DNA of 64,000 nucleotides from an uncultured beta proteobacterium. Its GTDB lineage: Bacteria; Pseudomonadota; Gammaproteobacteria; Burkholderiales; Usitatibacteraceae. The notes under the pieces were generated by a model, which saw only the letters and a list, made by a program, of their open reading frames with translations, made no database searches and was not told the origin of the DNA. A program made the position numbers and the translations under genes. The stretch spans positions 234,051 through 298,050 of the forward strand of contig CAWAZV010000008.1 of the NCBI GenBank assembly GCA_963786635.1. The letters are read 5' to 3'. Below, in pieces: positions 8,702-16,752 of this stretch. Numbering within the stretch: position 1 is the first letter of the stretch; each line of letters begins with the position of its first letter.

Positions 8702-10502
8702 TCAGCCCGCGACCAGCGTGCCGGCGAGCCCGACGATGCCCAGCCCCAGCGCCGCGAGCGAATCGCCGGCGATGAGCCCGCCGCCCGCGAGCGAAGTCGT
8801 GCTCATGTCCTCCGGCATCGCCTTTTCCCCGGCCTGCGGCTTCCTCTTCGCGAACGTGTTGACCGCGCTGGAGAGGATGCCGCCGCCGCCGAACCACAGC
8901 GAGGTGTGCAGGTTCACGAAGCCGCCGAAGGACGACGCATAGGGCGAGGGCACGAACACGGCATCGAAGAGGAAGTCGGTCGCGAACCCGCGCCTGCCGC
9001 TGGCGACGAAGGCCTTGTAGGCGGCGTTGGATTTGACCAGCACGCGCACGAGCTGGAAGGCGAAGCCGATTCCGACCCCGACCCAGATCGCGGTGCGCTG
9101 GTAGGGCTTGTCGTCGGTGAGGCTCCTCAGCACGCCCACGAACTTGTAGGTCATCGCGGCACTCCACTCCGCCGGCTGTTCGCCGGCCTTCATCACCGTC
9201 TGGTCGAGGAGAAGCACCGGGTACGCGGTCATGAAGAGCTTCGCGAAGACGACGGCCATGATGGCGCCGACCAGGATGCCCACCACCTGGTAGCGGAACT
9301 GCAGGACACGATTGGTGCCCAGGCGCCAGCCCGTGGAGCGGTCCTGCTGCATGTCGCAGGCGACGCTGGTGGCGATGAGCAGCACCATGCCCGCCATCAG
9401 GCCCACGGCCGGGTCCTTCAGGCCCAAGGCCGCCATCAGCACCACGCTCACCACGAAGGCCGACGAGATGGGGTTGGAATCGCTGATCCCGACCGAGATG
9501 CCGTTGACCAGCGCGAACACGAACACCAGGCGCCACCGCGAAGAGGAGGAAGCCCACCGGGGCCCCGAGCACGAGGTGGCCGGTGACCACGGTGCCGGCA
9601 CCCCAGGCGACGACCCAGAGGACGAGACGCGTGGTGTTCACCCGCTTCCACTCCGCCTGCGGGGCCTGCGGCTCGCCCTTGCCCGCGAGGCGCTCCGCCG
9701 CTTCCTTCAGCACCAGCGCGATGTCGATGATGGCCGCGCCCATGATGAGGCCCAGCGCGATGAGGAAGGCGATCTTGCGGAACGGCTCGCCCTCCTTGAG
9801 CCAGCCGATGGAGATGAAGTACGGAATCAGTGCCCAGAAGATCAGGCCGGAAGTAATGGCGGGAATGCCGATGCGCGCGCCCACCAGCATGCCCGCGCCG
9901 AGCGTCGAGGTGGACAGCTCGATCGCCCCGAGGAGCGCGACCTTGCCGGCTGCGATTCCGCCCGTGATTCCCACCAGGATGCCGCCGCCCAGCTTCCCCA
10001 CCGACTTGCGCAGGAGCTCGGGGTCGGTGAGGGCGCGCAGGATGTTGGCCACCGCGAAGCCGGAAGGGTAGGTGAGCTGCAGCCGGTCCACGAGCAGCGG
10101 CGTGTAGAGCATGCCCACGCCGACGCCGTACATGCCGATGCAGAGCATGTAGAGGATCAGCTGCCAGACCGGCGGCTGCGGCAGCCCCATCCACACCATC
10201 GCCTGGATGAGGACTCCCATGGCGGAGAGGCTCGCGACCGATGCCGCGGCCGTTTGCATGTAGTTGGCGCCGTGCTTGCCTTCGGCGCCATAGCCGTACG
10301 TGACCGTGGATCCGAGGATGCCCGCGAGAGTCTGCCCGCCGACGAAGAAGCCGAGCGAGAAGTTCATGTACGAAGCCGTGACGCCGCCGAGCGGGCCGAG
10401 CACGAAGACGCCAAGGCAGACGAGGAGGGCGTGGTACTTCCAGGTGCCGACGGCGGGCAGCCAGGACCAGCGCGGGGCGGATGAAGGAGCGATTGCATTC
10501 AT
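8702..10502 (-). CDS. OPT-family oligopeptide transporter; one frame correction near 9540
   Basis: The N-terminal two thirds lie in the frame of ORF 8508..10649, starting at MNAIAPSS. The C-terminal third is ORF 8702..9601 (LVNGISVGISDSNPISSAFVVSVV...). It is polytopic and OPT-like throughout. Confidence 0.75.
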
Positions 10503-10642
10503 GGGCGCGACGCTACCTGAGAATCCACGAGCCGTGTTGCCCGGCGTCAGGAGCCATACGGACAGTCGCAACGGCTGCAGGCATCGCCAGTCGACGTAGT
10601 ATCCTGCCGCAGAAGTTCCAGCCCACGGTTTCGTCGACCAAC

Positions 10643-11800
10643 ATGTCATCCCCGTCGTCCGCGCCGCTTGCCGGCATCAAGGTCGTCGAGTTCTGCCAGG
10701 TCGCGGCAGGCCCGTTCTGCGGCATGCTGCTGGCCGACTACGGCGCGGAAGTGGTGAAGGTCGAGCCTCCCGAGGGCGACGCCATGCGCCAGTGGCCGCC
10801 GGTGAATGGCGGCTACAGCGAGAACTTCGCCTCGATCAACCGCGGCAAGAAGTCGGTGGCGCTGGACCTCAAGAATCCGGCCGACCGCGATTTCGCGCGC
10901 GCGCTGGTGCTCGAATCCGACGTCCTGGTCGAGAACAACCGCCCCGGCGTCATGCAGCGGCTGGGCCTCGGCTGGGACTGGTTCGGGCCGCGCAAGCCCG
11001 CGCTCGTCTACTGCTCCATCTCGGCCTTCGGGCAGGTCGGGCCGCGCGCGACCGAAGGCGGCTTCGACCTCACCATCCAGGCCGCCACGGGCGTCATGAG
11101 CGTGACCGGCGAACCCGATGGCGCGCCCGTGAAGTGCGGCGTTCCCCTGTCGGATTTCGCGGCAGGGCTCTACGCGGCCTTCTCCATCGCCGCCCTCATC
11201 GCGCGGGTGAAGGCGGGCGGCCCGGGCGGCACCATCGACGTGCCGATGTTCGCCACCACCATCGCCATCGCGGCGCTGCAGACGAGCGAGTACTTCGGCA
11301 CCGGCAGGAATCCGCGCAAGCTCGGTTCGGCGCACCCGAGAAACGCGCCCTACCAGGCCTACCGCGCCGCCGACGGGTGGTTCGCGATCGCCGCCGGCAA
11401 CAACAAGCTCTGGCAGGCGGTCTGCCACGCGGTGGGCATGCGCGAGTGGCAGGACGATCCGCGCTTCGCCTCGACCACGCTGCGCGCCACGAACCAGGCC
11501 GTGCTGAAGGACATGCTGGAAGCGCGCTTCGCCACGGCAGGCGTTGCCGCATGGCTCGAGCGCTTCCGCGCAGCCGGGGTTCCGTGCGCACCGATCAACG
11601 GCTACGCCGAGGCGCTCGCGGACCCGCAGGCGGCGCATCTCGGGCTGGTGCTGCCGGCGACGCTGCCCGGCGGACAGGTGACGCGCACCGTGGGCTGTCC
11701 CGTGCGCCTGGACGGCGAGGCGGTCGCCGTGCGCACGACATATCCCGCGCTGGGCGAGCACACTGCCCAGGTACGCGCAACGACGAAGGAGGCGAAATGA
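10643..11800 (+). CDS. family III CoA-transferase (CaiB/BaiF type)
   Basis: An inner ATG at 10643 gives MSSPSSAPLAGIKVVEFCQVAAGPFCGMLLADYGAEVVKVEPPEGD...ENNRPGVMQRLGLGWD...GFDLTIQAATGVMSVTGEPDG. These are canonical family III motifs. Confidence 0.85.
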   Translation: MSSPSSAPLAGIKVVEFCQVAAGPFCGMLLADYGAEVVKVEPPEGDAMRQWPPVNGGYSENFASINRGKKSVALDLKNPADRDFARALVLESDVLVENNRPGVMQRLGLGWDWFGPRKPALVYCSISAFGQVGPRATEGGFDLTIQAATGVMSVTGEPDGAPVKCGVPLSDFAAGLYAAFSIAALIARVKAGGPGGTIDVPMFATTIAIAALQTSEYFGTGRNPRKLGSAHPRNAPYQAYRAADGWFAIAAGNNKLWQAVCHAVGMREWQDDPRFASTTLRATNQAVLKDMLEARFATAGVAAWLERFRAAGVPCAPINGYAEALADPQAAHLGLVLPATLPGGQVTRTVGCPVRLDGEAVAVRTTYPALGEHTAQVRATTKEAK

Positions 11801-12417
11801 CCCACGATGGAGAACGCATCGCGCCGCTGCGCGAGTTCGTGCAGGCGATGACGAGACTGGTGGACCGCACCGACGACGAGGCGGCCCTGCTTGCGGGAGC
11901 ACGGCCGTTGCTTGCGAGGCTCATCGCCGACGACACGTGGCTCCCGGAGGACTGCACGAAGCCGGACCCGCAGTTCTACCGCCAATATCTCCTGCACTGC
12001 GATCCGCAGGAGCGCTTCTCGGTGGTGAGTTTCGTCTGGGGGCCGGGCCAGAAGACGCCGATCCACGACCATACCGTGTGGGGCCTCGTGGGCATGCTGC
12101 GCGGCGCGGAGCGCTGCCGGCTCTATGCGCGTGCCGCCGACGGCCAGTTGCGCGCGATCGGCGAGGAGAAAGTGCTCGAGCCCGGCGACATCGAGGCCGT
12201 GTCGCCGACCGTGGGCGACATCCACACGGTCGCCAACGCGCTCGCCGACGCGCCCTCGATCAGCATCCACGTCTACGGGGCCAACATCGGCGCCGTGCGC
12301 CGGCACGTGTTCGATGCCGCGACCGGTGCGGCGAAGGACTTCGTCTCCGGCTACTCGAGCGCCAGCGTGCCCAACCTGTGGGACCGTTCGGCGACGGTGC
12401 GGGCATCGCTCGCATGA
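11797..12417 (+). CDS. cysteine-dioxygenase-type I cupin, bacterial thiol dioxygenase (3-mercaptopropionate-dioxygenase-like)
   Basis: The ATG overlaps the upstream stop (ATGA at 11797-11800). The cupin metal site reads WGPGQKTPIHDHTVWGLVGMLRGAE ... GDIHTV. Length is 206 aa. Confidence 0.75.
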   Translation: MTHDGERIAPLREFVQAMTRLVDRTDDEAALLAGARPLLARLIADDTWLPEDCTKPDPQFYRQYLLHCDPQERFSVVSFVWGPGQKTPIHDHTVWGLVGMLRGAERCRLYARAADGQLRAIGEEKVLEPGDIEAVSPTVGDIHTVANALADAPSISIHVYGANIGAVRRHVFDAATGAAKDFVSGYSSASVPNLWDRSATVRASLA

Positions 12418-13144
12418 GCGACGCGGTCGCGCGAAGGGGTCGCCACGATCTGGCTCGACCGTCCCGAGCGCGGCAATGCGCTTTCCGCAGTCGCGGTGGA
12501 CGCGATCCTGGCTCTCGCTGCTGGAGGCGATTGCGGATCCGGGCGTGCACACCGTCGTCTTCCGCGGACGCGGCAAGCACTTCTGCACGGGCTTCGATCT
12601 TTCCGACCTGGAGAGCGAGACCGACGCGACGTTGCGCAAGCGGTTCGTGGCTCTCGAAAAGCTCCTGCAGGCCGTCTGGTATGCCCCCGTGCGCACGGTG
12701 GCGTTCGCGACCGGGCGCGCCTGGGGCGCGGGGGCGGACCTGTTCGCCTCCTGCGACATCCGCGCCTGCGCGCCGGATGCGTCCTTCCGCTTTCCCGGTT
12801 CCGCCTTCGGCATCGTGCTGGGCACGCGGCGCCTGGTCGAGCTTGTCGGCTGGGACCGCGCGCGGCCGCTCGCGACGGAGGGCGCAACCGTCGATGCCGC
12901 AGGAGCGCTCGCGGTGTCGCTGGCAACGGACATCGTGACGGGCGATGCGGAGGAGTGGCTTGCGGCGCGCTGTTCGCCGCCCGTGGCGGATCGCACTGCG
13001 TTCGCGACGATCCGCGCGGCCTGCCGGCCGGATCACCGCGCGGGCGACATGGCGAGCCTCGATGCCTCCGCCAGCCGGCCCGGCTTGAAAGGCCGCATCG
13101 CGGACTACCGCGAGGCCCTGCGCAGCCGCAAGGCGAATCGCTAG
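12414..13144 (+). CDS. enoyl-CoA hydratase/isomerase (crotonase) family protein; two frame corrections near 12437 and 12513
   Basis: The ATG overlaps the upstream stop (ATGA at 12414-12417). Reconstructed sequence is MSDAVAR/VATIWLDRPERGNALSAVAVDAILA/SLLEAIADPGVHTVVFRGRGKHFCTGFDLSDLE...GRAWGAGADLFASCD. Confidence 0.7.
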
Positions 13145-13749
13145 GACGCCGGCCGCCTCGCGATCAGCGTCCGGAAGCGCTTCAGCTTGTCGCCGGCCGC
13201 GGGAAAGTCCTCGACGCTGTCGTGCAGGACTTCCCACCCCGCGAATGGCGCGGCGAGTTCGTCGGGCCGGAAGAGGTAATACGCGGCGGGTCGAACATCG
13301 CGAGGAAGGTCGAACCCTCGATCATCGCGTTGACGACGGCGACTCCGCCGGGCCGCACCGCGTCGTGGACCGCCTGCAGCCCCGCCAGCGCATCCTCGCG
13401 CGCGAAGAACATGAGCAGGCCGATGCAATTCACGGCATCGTAGGTCTCTTCCGGCTGCCAGCCCTTCAGGTCGACGGTTCGCACCCACACGTTGTGACCG
13501 GAGGCGAGGGCGCGCTCGGCAAGATCCTCGACCGCGTTTTCGCAGGCGTCGTAGGCCGTTACCTGCGCACCTCGCGCTGCCGCTGCCAGGGAAAGATTGC
13601 CCAGGCCGCAGCCGAGGTCGAGCACCTTGCCCGACAGGATAGGGCAGGGCACGCTCCTCGAAGGGGTTGAGCTTGTAGTCGTGCGCGGCGATCTGGCGCT
13701 CGAACTGGGCGCCGAAGAATGCGACCGCGCGAGGGGTTTCGGTGGCCAT
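13141..13749 (-). CDS. class I SAM-dependent methyltransferase; a central segment is displaced to another frame (compensated pair of shifts)
   Basis: The ends are in ORF 13141..13749 (MATETPRAVAFFGAQFERQIA..., ...YYLFRPDELAAPFAGWEVL). The core is in ORF 13182..13796 and contains SAM motif I, GKVLDLGCGLGNLSLAAAARGAQVTAYD. Confidence 0.7.
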   Translation of the reverse strand: MATETPRAVAFFGAQFERQIAAHDYKLNPFEERALPYPVGQGARPRLRPGQSFPGSGSARCAGNGLRRLRKRGRGSCRARPRLRSQRVGANRRPEGLAAGRDLRCRELHRPAHVLRARGCAGGAAGGPRRGAARRSRRRQRDDRGFDLPRDVRPAAYYLFRPDELAAPFAGWEVLHDSVEDFPAAGDKLKRFRTLIARRPAS

Positions 13750-13833
13750 GGACGCCGGAATGTTACCGGAGCCATGCAGGAGCGGTGGTCCGTCAACCCG
13801 GACCGAGCGAACGGCGTTGAGTGGGGAAGCGAG

Positions 13834-13861
13834 TTGATATAACCTGTGTGGCAGTTATATC
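13834..13861 (+). promoter_or_regulatory. candidate vapBC promoter/operator: TTGATA-N16-TATATC overlapping the inverted repeat GATATAAC-N10-GTTATATC
   Basis: A perfect 8-bp inverted repeat (13836-13843 and 13854-13861) lies 13 nt upstream of the vapB ATG, in a locally AT-richer patch. RHH antitoxins typically autoregulate through such palindromes. Confidence 0.35.
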
Positions 13862-13873
13862 GACTCGCCGGCC

Positions 13874-14110
13874 ATGAACTTCAACGTCTATCTCGATGCC
13901 GTCACCGTGACCCGCCTGAACACTCTCGCGCGCCAGCGTGGCACGACGCGCAATGCCCTCATTCGCGAAGCCGTCGCGCAGCTGCTGGATGGCGATGGCG
14001 GGCAAGCCTGGCCGGAGGCCGTACGGACATTCGTCGGGCTGCCCGATGCCCCCAGGTTCGAGGCATCGCGCCGGAAATTGCGCGCGCCCAGGAAGGATCC
14101 CCTGCGGTGA
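13874..14110 (+). CDS. vapB: ribbon-helix-helix (CopG/VapB-type) antitoxin
   Basis: The 78-aa ORF reads MNFNVYLDAVTVTRLNTLARQRGTTRNALIREAVAQLL, a typical RHH N-terminus. Its stop overlaps the downstream PIN gene start. Confidence 0.75.
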   Translation: MNFNVYLDAVTVTRLNTLARQRGTTRNALIREAVAQLLDGDGGQAWPEAVRTFVGLPDAPRFEASRRKLRAPRKDPLR

Positions 14111-14511
14111 CCTGGCTGCTCGACACCTGCGTGCTGAGCGACTTCGCGCGCGGCGAGGCGCAGACGCTCGCGCGATTGAAGGCCCTGTCTCCCGCTGCGC
14201 TCGCCGTCTCCGCCATCACGGTGATGGAGGTCGAGTATGGACTCGCCCTGGCGCCTTCCCGGACGGAAAAGCTCGGGCCGGTCATGCAGGCCCTGCTCGG
14301 CGCAATCCCGATCGTCCCCTACGCCGCCGAGGACGCGCGTGCCTCGGCCGCCGTTCGCGCCGCGCTCGAGAGGAAGGGCCGCCCGATCGGCGCCTACGAC
14401 ATCCTGATCGCCGGCACCGCCCTGGCGCACGGAATGACGCTGGTCACATCGAACGTGAGGGAGTTCGGGCGGGTCTCGGGCCTGCAGGTGGAGAACTGGC
14501 GCGGGCGATAG
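14107..14511 (+). CDS. vapC: PIN-domain ribonuclease toxin VapC
   Basis: The GTG start overlaps the vapB stop (GTGA at 14107-14110). The sequence VTWLLDTCVLSD...ITVMEVEYG...AYDILIAGTALAHGMTLVTSNVREF carries the PIN acidic residues. Confidence 0.85.
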   Translation: MTWLLDTCVLSDFARGEAQTLARLKALSPAALAVSAITVMEVEYGLALAPSRTEKLGPVMQALLGAIPIVPYAAEDARASAAVRAALERKGRPIGAYDILIAGTALAHGMTLVTSNVREFGRVSGLQVENWRGR

Positions 14512-14536
14512 GCGGCGCGAGACCCTGCTGCCTCGA

Positions 14537-14740
14537 TTACTTGCCCCGTTCCCCGACGAACCAGGTCACGAGGCCAACCGCCGCGAAGATGACGAACACG
14601 GGCAGCAGCACGCCGCTGTATCCCCCGGTCCACGCGAAGCCCCGCATGCCTTCATCCATCAGGTGTCCGCTCTGCGCCAAAGCGGCGCCGTTGGCCATCA
14701 GGGAGACTGCACCGGCAATCGTGGCATGCAAGATCTTCAT
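14537..14740 (-). CDS. 67-aa exported/membrane-anchored His/Met microprotein downstream of the multicopper oxidase
   Basis: An inner ATG at 14740 has AGGAG 7 nt upstream. The sequence is MKILHATIAGAVSLMANGAALA/QSGHLMDEGMRGFAWTGGYSGVLLPVFVIFAAVGLVTWFVGERGK, i.e. a signal peptide, an H-x-M-x3-M patch and one TM helix. Confidence 0.5.
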   Translation of the reverse strand: MKILHATIAGAVSLMANGAALAQSGHLMDEGMRGFAWTGGYSGVLLPVFVIFAAVGLVTWFVGERGK

Positions 14741-14889
14741 GGGTACTCCTCGTCTGGGACGGAGAAACAGGCGGACCGCTCCGGCATCACGTGCCACTGC
14801 AAAGCGTCCCATTCCGTGCGTCTGGACCCAAATCTACGCAGGCCGGCCGCGAGCGTCTGTGCGATAGCAGACACGGCCGGCGGCCCGTT

Positions 14890-16356
14890 TCAGGGCGCAC
14901 GCACCTCCAGCACCGCCATCATTCCGGCGTCTTCGTGCTCGAGAATGTGGCAGTGGACCATGCGTTTGCCCGGCAGGTCCTGCCGCACAAGGATCGTCGC
15001 GGTGGTCCCCGAAGGAACGTCGACGGTGTCCAGCCATGCCGCGTAGGGCGCCGGCGTGACCCGCCCGCGCGATTCACGGCTCGCCAGCCGGAACTGCGTG
15101 CCATGGATGTGGATCGGGTGGTCCATGAAGGTGTCGTTCACGATCTCCCAGGCCTCGGTGGTCCCGGCGGTGGAGACGAAGTCGACGCGATTCATGTCGA
15201 AGGCGCGGCCGTTGATGAGGAAGCCGCCACCCATCATCCCCATGCCGCCGGATTGCGTCAGCACGACGCGCTTCGTGGCCGTGGGGGCGGCGACGGGCGG
15301 CATCGGCCGCAGTACCGCAGGCAGGTCGACGGGTGTCGCCGGCGCCTCCGCCGTGGTCACGAGCGCAAGGAGATCCTCGTTCCCGTAATCGCCCATCCCC
15401 ATCGTATCGATGGCGTGCCGTGCTGCGCGCAGGGTGTAGCGCGCGCCAGGTGAGGCCGCGACGCGCACCACCACTTCGATACGCTGCGCGGGAGCAACGA
15501 GGACCTCGGAAAGGCCGGGAACCGGCGTTGCAAGCAACCCGCCATCCGTGCCGACCAGCGTGAACGCGTGGCCGTCGAGCTGCAGGCGCAGGTAACGCGC
15601 ACTCGTGGCATTGACGATGCGCCAGCGCTGCGTCGCGCCCGGGCGCACTGCGTGAATGGGCACCCGCCCGCCGTTCACCAACAGCTGCTCGCCCTGGCGT
15701 CCCACCATGAGATCCATCGGGCCGCTCCCGGAAACCTGCGCGGCAGCGTCGAGGCGAATGCCGGTGACCAGCAGGGTCACTTCCGGGATATGGGCAAGAG
15801 GATCGGCTGCGGAACGCACGATGAAGGGCGCGGCGAGCCCCTTCGCCACCTGTTCCGCCGTCGTCTGGTGCGCATGCGGGTGGTACCAGTAGGTGCCCGC
15901 AGTCCCTGCGGGAATGTCGAACTCGACCACGCGCGAGGCACCCGGCCGCACCGGGTCCATCGGATTGCCGTCCTGGTCCGCGGGAACCGGCAACCCGTGC
16001 CAATGGACCGTCGTGTCGATGGGAAGCCGGTTCTCGAGCGCGATGCGCACCCGGTCGCCCTCGCGCACATCCACGAGCGGGCCCGGAAAGAGCCCGTTGT
16101 AGAGCCACAGCGCGGTCGAGCGACCCTCGAGCAGCGCCACGCTCGCCGGCGCGGCCGCAAGGGAAGCGGAAAACAGCCCCGCAGCCGGGTTCGCATTCGC
16201 CAGCAAGGACAGCGGCCGCAAGGGCGATCCCTGCGCAAGGGCAGTTCCGGGCGCGGGCGGCGGCCCCATCATCGCGCCGCTTCCGCCACCGCCGCACGCG
16301 GGCAGGAACGACCCCATGCCCGCCAGTGCCGCACCGAAAAACTCGCGTCTCTTCAT
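14890..16356 (-). CDS. Tat-exported multicopper oxidase (CueO/CopA-like)
   Basis: The 488-aa intact ORF has a twin-arginine leader (MKRREFF) and the copper sites HWHGLPV, YWYHPHAH, HPIHIHG and HCHILEHEDAGMM. Confidence 0.9.
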   Translation of the reverse strand: MKRREFFGAALAGMGSFLPACGGGGSGAMMGPPPAPGTALAQGSPLRPLSLLANANPAAGLFSASLAAAPASVALLEGRSTALWLYNGLFPGPLVDVREGDRVRIALENRLPIDTTVHWHGLPVPADQDGNPMDPVRPGASRVVEFDIPAGTAGTYWYHPHAHQTTAEQVAKGLAAPFIVRSAADPLAHIPEVTLLVTGIRLDAAAQVSGSGPMDLMVGRQGEQLLVNGGRVPIHAVRPGATQRWRIVNATSARYLRLQLDGHAFTLVGTDGGLLATPVPGLSEVLVAPAQRIEVVVRVAASPGARYTLRAARHAIDTMGMGDYGNEDLLALVTTAEAPATPVDLPAVLRPMPPVAAPTATKRVVLTQSGGMGMMGGGFLINGRAFDMNRVDFVSTAGTTEAWEIVNDTFMDHPIHIHGTQFRLASRESRGRVTPAPYAAWLDTVDVPSGTTATILVRQDLPGKRMVHCHILEHEDAGMMAVLEVRAP

Positions 16357-16387
16357 GGCAACTCCCTTGCGGGGAAGGGCTCGTGCC

Positions 16388-16719
16388 CTACTTCACTTTC
16401 TGGATCGCGGTCACGACGTAGTCCCCGTCGGCCTGCACGACCTGGAACCTCACCTTGTCGCCGGCGGCGATGTTGTCGAGGAGCGCCGGCGGCTTCACCG
16501 TGAACGCCATCGTCATCGGCCCCATGTTCACGCTCCTGATCTCGCCATGCTTGATGATGACCTTGCCGGCGGCCTTGTCGACCTTCCTCACTTCGCCGTC
16601 GGCAAGGTCCTTCGCGGCGACTTTCGCGGCAGGGGCCGCGGCCGGCGCGGCTGCGCGTGCTGGGCGAGGGCAACCGCCGCGAAAGTGGAGAGCAGAACGG
16701 TGAATGCAATTCGCTTCAT
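16388..16719 (-). CDS. cusF: periplasmic Cu(I)/Ag(I) chaperone CusF-like; one frame correction near 16655
   Basis: The signal peptide MKRIAFTVLLSTFAAVALAQHA is in one frame. The mature part, ...KVAAKDLADGEVRKVDKAAGKVIIKHGEIRSVNMGPMTMAF...VTAIQKVK, is in the frame of ORF 16388..21541. Length is 332 nt (2 mod 3). Confidence 0.75.
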
Positions 16720-16752
16720 CTTGAAAACTCCTGTTGGTGGTGAAGGAAAAAT

